Source: Nymphaea colorata
Taxonomy: Eukaryota
NCBI RefSeq assembly: GCF_008831285.2
Contig: NC_045138.2
Span: forward strand, 19,592,001-19,656,000
Reading direction: 5' to 3'
DNA length: 64,000 nucleotides
Under the pieces are notes generated by a model. The model did no database searches. It was not told the DNA's origin and saw only the letters and a program-made list of their open reading frames with translations. Both the position numbers and the translations under genes were made by a program. Within the stretch, counting starts at the first letter, position 1. Each line of letters opens with the position of its first letter. Shown piece after piece: positions 51,156-64,000 of the stretch.

Positions 51156-54100
51156 ATGATTTCGACCTGGCGATTGAAGATCGGTGTGATCTTCGATTGG
51201 GAGGCAGCAAAAAGAGCACCTCATCATCTATCACTTCCGGCTTCTTCTGAACCACCCATTCTGAAGAAAGACGACCAGGCGTAATGGGGACCGAACATGA
51301 GCAACGCTCGACACATAGATAATACATGTGGATGGAAGTGGGGCCCGAATGCTGTCCGAATAGCTTTAGCAAATCGAACCTTTCCTTCTTTACCTGCATC
51401 CGTCCTCAGGACAGCCATGGCGAACGGGACCGGCCCCCTTCCATCTTTTTGCCCTCTCCGCTCCTTCTTCTGCACAGCAGGGCCGGGCTGCAAACCGAAA
51501 TGCTAATCTCAGTTCTCGTTTCACAGTATCCAGTGGCATCTCCAGCTTCATCGCCGGCCCAAGCAAGCGCCCTTTCTCCTAAGGAAGATTACCACCTCCG
51601 CATGTTCACGGACTCAAATTCACCTGCTCTGTTCCTTGCAGAATTCGGACTGATCTTTGTCTGGCTCATGCTTTCACCTCTTGCCATCATCACGTACCAG
51701 TGACCATGCTGCACCTAACCTCCATTTGTGAAACCCTTGATATAGAAGAACCTCTGCCATTTTGCCGTTCTGTAGAGAGCTTTTTGCTATGCTTACCATG
51801 GACTCTTCATGCCTTTAGATTTCCAACCATGAAATCTGAGCCCGTCCCATAGAAAGGATCCTCCAGCAGGCCTTTTCCTTTCTTCTTTTCACCAACACCA
51901 TCGGCTTCATCACCTCCTCTGCCTCACATTGATCGGTACCCCAGTAAGAATCAGAATTCCCCTCCTTGGCGAAGGCTAAGAAACAAAAACCTAACTCGTT
52001 TCTACCAGAAGGAAACAATGCCTCGGATGCGTTCTCTGCAAGCCTGAATGAATCCAAACGGAGTTGAAAGAAGTTACATATTGATATCCTGTTTCTCTGG
52101 AATGAATAAAGGAACCCCTGTAAAATTCAATCTCACAACTCTCCTAAACTTATTAACAATTTTGACATAAAAAGAACCTAATTAACAAATAAGGCATGTT
52201 ATTTCACTGTGGTGTACTTCTACCCCCAAAACTAGTGAACAAAGTAGGACCTCTCTTCTTCTTTCTTTTTCTTCTCCTCAATTCAATGGACATACATTGC
52301 TTGGCATAAAAATACAGCTTGAATTTCTTCACCATGTATTTGGCAGGTTATGTGATAAAGACAATATTTACTTTAAAAAATCTAACCAATCAAGCTTACC
52401 CTTAATGAGACAAAAAAAAATTACATAATCATGCAAGTATCACTGATCAGTTAAATAAAATACTAAGGGTTCTTTTTTGTGACACTCCAGAACAGTGTTT
52501 TTGAAGTAAAACCTAATTTTTACTGGTTTTGATTCCAAGACTGCACTTTCAGAGTACTTGGTGACATCAAAATTGGGCTTGAGAAAAAACTAATTTTAAC
52601 AAAACCTGGTCTCTAAAAGAAGTGAAAAACCTGATCCACACCCAAGAGGTTATTCACAAAATTTGGGTGTCACCCAAACACATAAACCAAATTTTTAAAA
52701 TCTAGTAAAAAACTTGATTTTCACAAAATTTGGATTGTTGTGCTTGATTGTTTGGTAAAATGGCTCAACTTTTGTAAATTTAAATTTTACCTATTAAATT
52801 TTCAAGAGGTTTTAATTCAGCCCCTATAAAACTTTTGAAACACTAGCGGTTGGCCCTGTTCAAATTTGTTTTAAAAAAAATAATTAGTGGTTATATGTCC
52901 TCAACACATTGGACATTTGTATGAACGGGATGTCTCTTATCATTTTCTTTATTTAACTGTGCCTTATTAACGTTCAATCAAATTTTTTGTCTATTATATT
53001 TCACTCATTAAAGCATGTACATACAGTCTCAACAGGTATTGTAAATAGGTGAATTTTAGTTCCCTGCACAAAAAGATTATAGAACTAAAATGCTTGAAAC
53101 AAATTGTTCCAAGTCATCAAACAGTGTGTGGTATATAGAAGGTGGAACTTTTGTTCCACCTGAAATTCTGATATTCGAGTATTTAATAATATATATTCAA
53201 ACTTACTGAGGTAATTTTTTATCTTTTCTTGGACATTTTGTTTTTTCTTATGGATAGTTAAGAGAAACATAACAAAAAAATATTACTATTTTTATTATCT
53301 ATATTAATTTATACTTTTTTTTGTTTTTATCTCAACAATTCATCCACTTTAGATCGACGACTTCGGATAGACAACTGATTAATTCTGACTAATGAGAGTT
53401 ATCATTCTCATGTATATATATTATATATGAATCTGAATTCCATCACTTCCTAATCACGTTTGTTAATCAAATATTTTTTCGAAATAGTTTCTTGATCTGT
53501 CTTATTCAAATAATTCTGTTTATACTAAAGAAGACAAAAAAAAAAAAGAAAGGCGTTTCGAGAGTGATACTTTAAGCCAAGCATCACGTGCTCAAATTTG
53601 GAAGAATTTGAGACGTTACGTAAAAAACTACTACGAAGTAGTCAAACCTTTGCTCGTTTTACAAATACACTCCCAACATTTTAATTTTTACGTTTAATAA
53701 CTAAAGTTAATGAAATTAAAAATCTCAAAAAACCCCTCCAACAATGGAGACGACAAAAATTACTGGACCACGAGTTCCTTTTTTTTGTGTTACATTTTGC
53801 ATGACTAGAAGGAACATCCTAAAGCCACACCCCACCCTCTCCCCTTTATGAATCTTTTATGAATATTCATAAGGATATGGAGTGGAGACAATGTACTTTC
53901 AACTTAACACCGCATCTACTTTATTAATAATCTAATCTAGGAGCATATGAGCATTTTTCTTTAATTTTTTGTCAAAAGTGATTTTGATTACCATTTGCAT
54001 GTAGGTTTTTTAAGGTTAAATGAATAAAAAGTTGTGTGCTAAGTATTGTTAATGTAGTGTTTCATGAATATGTTCTCAAAGTTTCCTAAACAAATGTGTC

Positions 54101-54559
54101 TTCTGCATACTTATTACCAAAAGTGTTTTTTAAAAACATTTTTTTTACATTGTTAACTATAGTTAATTAGACAGGAGTAAAGAAAAAATACTTCTTGAAA
54201 AGTTACTCATAAATTTTATAAAGCAAATTATTTGGTATGACCGTTTTACAATATATTATCATGTGGTTGAAAAGACATAACACCCAAATCGCCTACTCTT
54301 AAATATTACTTTTGAATTGTTACGCAACACTATTTGTGAAATGATCAAACTTTAGGCTCTTTTTGGTGATTTTTAAAAATTATAGCCAAAGTTTCGTTAG
54401 TTGCGTGGAAATTTTGGCTTTTGATTAAGGACACACGCCAGTGCCACGCAGAGGATAAATCTTTCCAACTCTTGCGCATTTCCTTCATCTACCGCTTTTT
54501 TTCCCCTTCGTCCATTCTTCGACGAAGAGCCCTCTGCGATCATTCTGAGTTAGCCTTCA

Positions 54560-57500
54560 ATGGCGATGGCTCTACGCAGAGCAGGAAGAAGACTGAACTT
54601 CCTGAGACTCCTCACTACCTCTGCCTCCGGAAGCGACCTATCTCCGTCAGAGAAGAAGCCCATGAACCTCTTCTCTGCCATCAATAATGCTCTTCACATA
54701 GCACTCGATACCGATCCTCGGTGCGCTTTCTCTCCTGCCATCCCTGATTCTTTTTGGTTTCTATCTAATACCATCTTCTTTTTCGAACAAATGTGCGTTT
54801 GCTAATTCACCATGCTTGTGCTTTTGTGATTTGTGATTTGTGGGACGTCTGCATTTTGCGGTGTTTCCTACCGAGCTTTACATGGGAAGACAGTTAACCG
54901 TTTTCTGGGATGTTCCGGTTTTGTTTTTCTCCTTTTCCTTTTTATGTCAGCGTGCTCGTTAGAAGATTGGAATTTGTGTTCCTTCTGCATTTTAGTTTTT
55001 TTCTTTTTCTTGTGCAACTTCCAGATGATTCTTCCTTTTTGGTTTATGTGCTTGGTTCGACAAGAACTTAAACGGACTAGGAGGGTTCAATCTGTTCATG
55101 TTTTTTGTAAAGCGACCATGGGTTTTTTGTATTTTGTATATGCAACATTTATAAATATATGTGGACCCATAGGGCAATTGATAACTAATCTTTCCTAAGT
55201 AGGAATATGTGCGGATCCACAGAGCCAGAGATATTGTTTTTTAAACCAACGTTCAGATTATCTTATTTTTCTGCTGAACTTTTACGAAGTCGTTAATTGT
55301 AGGATGTGAAGAATCAGATGCATGACCTTTGTGCCTTCTTGGATGCGAATGTCAGCCTCGTGTTATTTTCATTCTTTAATTATTTAGCACCATAGGAGAT
55401 ACCACTTTAGTAGTTATGACGACCAATAAGTTTATATGAATCTGTAACTTGTTCTGCATACAAGATTATGTACAACTGCATGCCTAGGATTTTATATGTA
55501 CCCTCAAGGATTCAGTGAACTTATTTTTTGTTATAAGGTTTTTCGGGAAAAACTCACATAGGTGCACGACAGCTCCAGCTGTCTACTTCACCAGAAGTGC
55601 AACCATTACTTACGCCTACTCTGTATCTGTTCTTAGGTGGACATTACTAAGGTTTCATCCCTTTAAGAAATATCACACGTCTTTCCACTCTCTTTCATAT
55701 GTTTTGACTTATTAGATTGAATGACAAGGATTCGTGAATTCAAGGGTGCATGCTAATTCATGAAGTCCATCTAAAATTACTCAGCTTTTTTCATTGGGAG
55801 ACTTGCTTAGTCATTGGTATAGCATTTTGGTCATTTATGCAAATTGTTGTTTCCCTACATCACCTTGTCATCGGAGATCAGTATGAACACCTGCTCTGAA
55901 AGTGACAGGAATGATCCTCTCTTTGTATCACAATCCAAAACTGCATTTTGTATGACAACACTACGCATCCTGCCTGTTCAACTGATATTATCAAAACTTC
56001 AGTTGAGTTCATTAAGAGTGAACAGTGAATAGCTCATGGCATGGTTTTCTCTTTTGCAATCCACTTTCAGGGCAGTTGTGGCTTCCATTGTCACTTGATT
56101 CTCTATAGTCTAATGCTATTTCAACAAAATTAATGGAATTAGTAGAAGCGAAATAAGGATATGGATCCACTTAATTAATAGAATTTATGCTGCTGTGCGG
56201 CATTACTTTTAAAATTCCAATATTTTTCTTGGGTGTAGTCGACCTGTAATTAAGTGGATTGCTTGGTCCATTTATCTCATATTGCAGACACCACTACTGC
56301 TACTATCCAGCTCATGTCTGTGTCCTTCAGACCATCCTGTACTTACTGGAACTTGTCTATAGATGAATGTCTGAATAGTGATTTGATGGATGTTAGTCAT
56401 CTCTGCTCCTATATTCCTCCTTGATCTGTTTCTGAAGAATCTTATGTTCTATACAGTGCATATGTTTTTGGAGAAGATGTAAGCTTTGGTGGTGTCTTCC
56501 GTTGCACATCAGGATTAGTAGATACATTTGGAAAAGAGAGGGTCTTCAATACACCCCTTTGTGAGCAGGTATTTCATTTTCTGCAGCATTTTGACACTTC
56601 GTTGAGCAATTATGTCGTTGTTGAGAGCATCAACATGTTCGTAGCAGTGACTCGCTAGTACCATATGATAGATATCTCAGAAACTTGCAAAAGATCCTTT
56701 TAGCTTTTGATAGTCAGAAGACTCAGAACAGGTTATCACTTATCTGGCTTTCCTGTTACTGTGCTTGAAACCCAGTATCCTTCAATTAAGATGGACACTT
56801 TTACATGTCCAGTAATCTTTTGGTAACTCTGTTACATTAGGTCAAATTTGCAATAATTTTGTGTGACGCTGTGAGCACATTCACTATCACTAGCAACATG
56901 AAAGAAAGTCCTTCTAATGAGCCATTCTTTTCCCCTGAAAATGGGATTATAAATTTATAATGTCTGAATGGTTCACATGTTGGCCTATTTTCCTTTTCTC
57001 TGCAACTAATAGGAGTATATATATAAACATGCAGGGAATTGTGGGATTTGGAATTGGACTAGCAGCAATGGTAAGGATGTCTTTGAATTCATGTACTTCG
57101 GTTATTTCCATTATGCCTATTCTTTTTTATCCTTCAATTGTAGGAGCTCTGCTGCTTACATTCTGCAGGTAAAGTTAGGAACTGAAAGTTTTCATTTTGA
57201 TCAGGGAAATCGTGCTATTGCTGAAATTCAGTTTGCAGACTACATTTATCCTGCTTTCGATCAGGCATGTTTTTTTTTTCATTAAAATTTTCTTCTCAGT
57301 TTTAAGCTCTATCCAGTGTGCGCTCTGGTATGAACAATCTAAAATAATAAGATTGTTCATCCACTGCACCAGGTCTAAGGGAAGTGATATAAGATTTGTT
57401 TCTAGTCTCACTATAGAAGCCCAAAGGGCTTACTCAAGTGCATGTACTTTTCCTGGATGGCGTTAATTTCCACAAGTAGCTATAAGTACGGAACATGATC

Positions 57501-59025
57501 TTGTGTCTGAGCATCCAACAATAAGCATATTATGTGCCGAAAAGAGCTACTGTATTTTTCACATTTAAGAGCCAACTGATAGTATTGGCAAGTTATCACA
57601 TCTTTCTCAGAATATCATAAAAAGATATGTCACCATGATAACATCATGATATATTTTATGCTTTTTTGAAAAAATTTCCTTTTCTACATATTTCAGTATG
57701 TGTTTCCTTTTTCCCTTTATACCTAGAAATACTATTATTGTTTCATACCTTTCAAAATAATTTTAAATGCCTATTACTTTGTTTATTTTCTATTATTTAT
57801 TTCTATCTTTTCAAATTTTAGGACTTCCAAGATCTTCCTTACTTTATTTGAGGTATCCTTCATTACAATTCAAGAAAAACCTTGCTAAGAACAAACTTGG
57901 TGATTACACCACAAATTATCCAACTGAAACTTTTGCAGTTATGTCCAGCCTAATAGCTTATATCGTAAACTTATATCGTATTTGAGATGACTGCATAACT
58001 TTTATGTATGATTTAGATAGTTAATGAAGCAGCCAAGTTCAGATATCGGAGTGGAAACCAATTCAATTGTGGTGGTAGGGCTTCTTCACTTGGTGATGTT
58101 CTTAATTCAATTTGCTGCACATTTACAATATTGAAATATTTCATATTATTCTCTCAGGTTTGACCATACGATGTCCTTATGGTGCTGTTGGGCATGGTGG
58201 CCATTATCATTCACAGTCTCCCGAGGCATTCTTTTGCCATGTTCCAGGTCTCAAGGTTATCTTGACTTCTCCATTCATTTCCTAATCTCTCTCCCCATCT
58301 CCCTCAAATATATATATATGCACAAATTACAAACACACATACACAAAGATGTTCTTAACTTCAAAATTCCTATCTTCTATGTCTTTGAACAGGTTGCCCA
58401 TACTCCTTGTATCATAGCTTTTGAGCCTCAACGCATCACCTTTTTCTTTACCATAATGTACAGGTGGTCCTACCCCGGGGTCCAGAGCAGGCCAAAGGAC
58501 TGCTACTCGCATGCATACGTGATCCTAATCCTATTGTCTTCTTTGAGCCCAAGGTATTAATCTTTTGGTGAGCAAATGTCAACATCATGGACACATACTC
58601 CCGCAAATATGCATATGCTGATTAATATTTGCTAGTTACTTCTGCTGCTTCTAATTTGATGTATGGGGCATCTATCAACAGACTCAACACATGCCTTCAC
58701 TTTGAACTCTGGAATTTGAGCCTCAATAATCCTCAAAGTTAAAAATTTGCATATGTTTTCATTGCTGAAAGAGTTAATGGACTTCGGAAAACCAACAATT
58801 TTCTGAGTATCATAGTGTCTATGGAAGCTAAGTAATCAATCAAATAAGAAGTCGAACACAAGTCATCAAGCCCCTAAACGAATTAGTGGAGACTAGTCAG
58901 ACCAATCTGTCCAACTTAGTCTCCTAGATATTAACAAATAAAAAAATAATAGAAACCCAAAATTAGGCATCAAAAGTAAAAAAGAAAAAGGGAGGTACAA
59001 ATTATTGGTATGAATCAAGTAGACT

Positions 59026-59089
<64 letters not shown>

Positions 59090-61831
59090 GAAATCCAACT
59101 GCATAGGTGTGGCCAGAATGTCTGAAAATATAGAAATTAGATTTGATTACCTAGTTTTGGGTTGTTTGGTGGCTGTCTGGCTGCTTTACCCTTCTTTTTG
59201 GAAATCCAACCACATATATGTAGTCAGAGTGTCCAAAACTATATGTTTCAGAAAGGAAAAAAAATGTGAAAAGCTGATATGTAAATCAGGTTTTATGATC
59301 TGGCAACTTTAATGTAGTTGTTTTTTCAACTCTTATAAAGTGTGATCTACCAGCAGATTTCAGTTTTTTTCTTTTCTAAATATTATAGATTTGATAAATT
59401 GAGCACACCCATAGGGTCAGTTTTATGAAAATTCAAAGGCACCCAGCCAAATGGCTGGACTGATGCTACAGCCAAATCAGACACACACACACACACACAT
59501 GCACACACTTATATATACATATTATAAAATGCAGTTACATGTACTTCTTGATGTACTAGAGTACCTATTGTTGAGAAAAGTATTATGAAGATTTTCTTCA
59601 CATTTTTCCATGAACTATTCTCCTTTTCTTCCCCTGTGTTTTGGGGGCTTTCCCGATTTGATCAATTAATTTACTACATTTCCTAGAAAATAGTACCGCA
59701 GAGTTATGGGATGTGCTATTCAGCTTCCACAGTCATGTCATACTATGTCAAAATGAGTATCCAAAATCAGACTTTGGACTTAAACCAACTAACTTTTTCA
59801 TTTTGTGCTCCTGTCAACTCTTTCTCCATGGCCGACAGACATGGTAAAAAAAAAAGTCTGTTCTTGATAATATTTTGTTGATCACTAAATGCTAATAATT
59901 ATTTATCTTTCCCATATGTTAGGCCTTTCGGGCATGATTGACAGTCTATAACTTCAAGAATGGGCCGTGTTGCTCTATAATTATATGGCTTTTTATCTGC
60001 TTATATAATAGTTACAAGCCTACAACCTTCTGTACATTCATTCTGAGCTTTTCTGTGTTGAGTCCTTTATGTCTTCCCTTTGTCCTATACCTATGCCCAT
60101 GTTTATGAGATAAAGCCTTGCACCACTAGAAAGTTTCTAATACTAATGTCAATGGCACAAGTCTACAGGCTCTAAACGTCTAGGTTGTTTTATGATTTCT
60201 GATGCGCGCCTGGGATATGTTGACATTTGTGTGCTTTTCTTTCTTTCTTTTTTTTTTCTAGCACGTAAAATATGTTTCACCAGCCACTTTCTCTTTAACA
60301 TTCCTTTACCTGCCATTAGTGGCTTTACAGACTGGCAGTAGAAGAAGTACCCCATGAAGACTACATGCTCCCCCTATCACAAGCAGAGGTAAGAAAGTTA
60401 ATTTACCCTGGTGTTCTTAGAAATGCAAAACTGAATGTTCTTTGATATGTGCAGGTAATCCGTGAAGGAGATGACATTACACTTGTTGGATGGGGAGCAC
60501 AAATATCAGTTATGGAACAAGCATGCCTTGATGCTGAAAAAGTTAGTTGCTAGAGATGTCATCAAGTTTCTCCTTTTCTTCCTCTCTTATAGAAACATAT
60601 GTTTGACCTAAAGCCCTATTATTCTGTTATTTGGGGATCTAAACCTAATCTGTGCTGTTTCTGTTTGACTTTTGAGCATATATTTATTACTCAGGAACAT
60701 TTTCTTGGTAAAAATTATCAAACTGCAATTCACAGATGCAATGGTCTTAAGCAGAAATAGTACAGGCATAATGGGAGAACTAACTATTGGACTGCGAAAA
60801 GCATGTCCTCTAAATTCATTTCTAAATACATTACCATACTTGGATGTGGTTTCACCAGTTGTTGCATAGGTCTATGGAAACTAAAAAGTTGATGTTTTCG
60901 TAGGATGGAGTTTCTTGTGAGCTGATAGATTTGAGAACCTTGATTCCTTGGGACAAGGAGACAGTAGAAGCATCTGTGAGGAAGACCGGAAGGCTGCTCG
61001 TGAGGCTTTCTTTTTTTCGTTAGAAACCTTTTTTCCCCTTAGTGCTATACTTTCTTTGATCCTTTGAAGGTGCCTCTACATGCCAGGTCAGTCATGAAGC
61101 ACCCTTGACTGGAGGGTTTGGTGCCGAGGTTTGTGCTTCAATTGTTGAACGTTGCTTCTTAAGGGTAAAAGCAATGTCTTATTTCTTACTCTTTCTATCC
61201 TTCATACTTCTATAGAATTGCACATATTATGCTCTATCTCTCTCTCTTTGTGTGTGTGTGTGTGTGTGATGCACAAACACACGTAAGTCTTCAGAGAACA
61301 CCTGAATGCTGGCAGATTGGCTTTCATAATGGAAGAAACAAGTTTCCTATTTTCTGTAAGTGTTGAATCTACATAGATTTAGAAGCTAATCACTTCTACT
61401 CTAGGAAGCAAGCTTTTGAGACTCTGGAAGCTTTATGGTGACTGTGGTTCGAGTTCATTGTCGAGTTCATTGTATTTTTGCTCGTGTTTGCTGCTAGTTA
61501 TTCAACCATCACCCATCCCTGCATTCGATTTTCTGCAATATTTGTCATACATCAGAGCTTCAGAATGCAGTCATTTTAATGCTTTCATTTGTTTTGCAGT
61601 TGGAAGCCCCAGTAACCAGAGTATGTGGCCTTGATACACCCTTTCCTTTGGTTTTTGAACCGTTCTATATGCCAACAAAAAACAAGGTGTGTAAAGGAAA
61701 CTCTTTTTAACTTTTAATCAGGCAACCGTCCTCATTTACGTTGCAAGCAAATTTTCAGTATAAACCTGAAGTTTTCTGTCTCCTATTTTTGGCAGATCCT
61801 TGATGCAATCAAGGCAACTGTCAATTACTAG
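54560..61831 (+). CDS. BCKDHB: Mitochondrial branched-chain 2-oxo-acid dehydrogenase E1 beta subunit, multi-exon
   Basis: [119 protein letters not shown], ending [15 protein letters not shown] (TAG 61829-61831). Confidence 0.96.
59027..59083. repeat. Compound (TA)n(GA)n microsatellite in BCKDHB intron
   Basis: Directly visible. Confidence 0.95.
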
Positions 61832-63579
61832 AGCTCATGTTTCCCCAACCGACAGTTGTATTTAAGGATTTGAATGCTACTCCCAAGTTTCAAGTCCCTG
61901 TATAGGTAGTTTACTGCAACATGAAGCGAGAGGTTCTTCATGGCCAAGGGGATGCTTCTCACAAAGTTTCATACTTCGAGAAAACAAAATGCAACTGTGG
62001 CTACGGCAAGTAAAAGGCCAGCATAGCCAGATTATGGATCCTCGTTGTGGTATCCGCATGCAATAGTAATAGCAAAGTATAAGTCTATCTCCATGTAATA
62101 ATAATGAAATGTATAAATAAGTTCAGGTGCAAGTGAATGATTATCCTGTATCTTATGGGGTTCTAAATCTGTGGCACACTGAACATGAATACAAAATCCG
62201 ACAAAAATTATGTCTTTGCAATATTTTGGATGGATGCACGTGATCTAGTCCAACTCCTGATTGTGTTCACGAGTTGTGGTCTAACAGATGAACTGCACAC
62301 TTGAGCATCCAACAGATTGAAGGAGACACTGCTCAATGTTTTGTTCTGTCTTTAAGAAGTGCTGGCCTTCATCTAGGGACCTATACATTTTCTGGATCTC
62401 CATTTCAAACGGATACAATTGTTGCATCTTTTTCAGTACTCTCCCTTTCCCTGACTCTTTTCTCCTCAGCTAAACATGCCTCCATCAAGTTACTTGTCAG
62501 ACACTGACCTTCTGCCTTTTCACGTCTTTAAGTGGTTGGTTTGCTGAATGTGGGTCATACTCAAGAAAGGACCACGCATCGTGCATCTAAATAGCAAATG
62601 ATCTTTATGCAAAAAATATTGAAGAATGAGCAGCTGATTTGTTTTCATCTTGTTCGGTGGCACTCTTATCTTCTATCGTGAAGATTGGACCTACTTTATT
62701 TTTCCTGTACTTTTGCAAGACACTTGAGTGTTAATGGGATCCAAAAGCTTTCATATTTAGCAAAAAATGGGCCTTCACCTCTAAATGCTGGTTGCTCATG
62801 CTTTTCATGGTTTCCATGGAAGGAAAGAGATGGTAGACTGTTTTGAACAGCATAAGAGCCCTTTACAGTTACTGCAAACTCTTAGTCCCTTGTTGCGTTG
62901 CGGTTAGCTCTAAATGGGGTTCTATATCAAGAATTACCCTTGCTCCACTCCTTCCCTGGTTGTTTCCTCATTGACAATGGCTCCTGATGCAACCCTTTCA
63001 TCTTTTGGTTGCCAATTGGAATCTTTTTGTTTCCAAGAAAATGAAAAGTGAATCTGCTCTCTACAACTAAAGCGAAAGAATCTTGACAAGGACATGTTTG
63101 CAGTGCCATGGCAACATTGAATGGTGTTGAAGACAAGCTGCAGGGGGACCCTGCCCACTCCCCCACTTGCCGAGCTTGATGTGTTCATGATATTCTTGCT
63201 CTTGGACTCATTTGGTGTCCGCTGCCGAAAGCTTTCTGCTTATCTTGGCGAGGTCACATCTCGGGGAGCTGCTTCAAATGCTACAAAGTTAGAAAGTGCT
63301 TCTAAAATTTTGATTCTTATCATGAAGAAGGCTTTTGCAGGTATTTTCTAGCATGCTTTCGTCTCTGAAAAAATGGAGATGTCCCTATCGAGTCTTCCAT
63401 TGTGAAGATCAATATGGGTGGCGTTTTTTTGAAACAATTTTGTGCCAAAAGTGATAAATGTTATTGAAATGATGAGAAGAGGCATTAATTATTTTGGATA
63501 ACTATTGAATGACTCTGGATAGCTGGAGTTACCTTGCTAGGAGACTCATAAGGACCATCTGATCTATCATAATGGATAT

Positions 63580-63612
<33 letters not shown>

Positions 63613-64000
63613 GAGGGGGGGAAGAGAAGAGAGAGGGATAAAAACCAGACCTCTTAAATTTGTGTTAAAAGATATTTTAAATAAAATGTGAACCTCCTAA
63701 TATGTTTGTCTAATTTAATATAAATATTGATTCATTTCAAGTTATTTTTTGTAAAAAAAAAATGATTTCCCTACTATCAAAATTTTCATGTAACAAGAGC
63801 CGTTCATTTTTTCAACATTAAGAAACGTTATTAAAGTCAAAAAATGACTAACCTAATATCTGTTTCTCACTAAATTACTCTTAAAATCATATTTATAAGA
63901 TTGTATTTCCAAAAAATACTTTAATAATTAATTTTAATCGGTCTAGTTTTTGTCTCTCTCTGTGTCCCTAAGTCCAGGAACTATATTAGCAGTTAGTGAA

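Noticed and set aside
51224..52057. GC-richer stretch with short ORFs on both strands, possibly a LINE ORF1 relic
   Set aside because: No motif I can confidently assign; the frames are short and interrupted.
62927..63400. Overlapping short ORFs downstream of BCKDHB
   Set aside because: No recognisable homology or consistent splice structure.

Overview
Plant (angiosperm) nuclear DNA; the species cannot be determined from the sequence. Four ordinary intron-containing genes flank the interesting region: a sieve-element-occlusion (SEO/SEOR) gene at the left edge (minus strand, truncated by the window), then an HNH-endonuclease gene, a DUF1997 gene and a branched-chain keto-acid dehydrogenase E1-beta gene on the right. 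Between about 13.6 and 38.9 kb lies a cluster of one uncharacterised coiled-coil-like gene family. It has four intact intronless ORFs (1280, 133, 355 and 387 aa) arranged as two head-to-head pairs, plus a 3' pseudogene fragment. The 1280-aa member carries a Caulimoviridae-type protease-RT-RNaseH. Its protease DTG motif is intact, but two of the three RT catalytic aspartates and three RNase H catalytic positions are substituted, and the 3.8-kb frame is uninterrupted. Three family members sit downstream of a promoter module homologous to the one upstream of the neighbouring SEO gene, including 20- and 22-bp exact matches for one copy; two of them also share the SEO first-exon end. My inference is a domesticated pararetroviral gene family running on duplicated SEO-type (probably phloem) promoters. 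A degraded Ty1/copia remnant, hAT-type MITEs with 8-bp TSDs, local duplications and microsatellites are also present.
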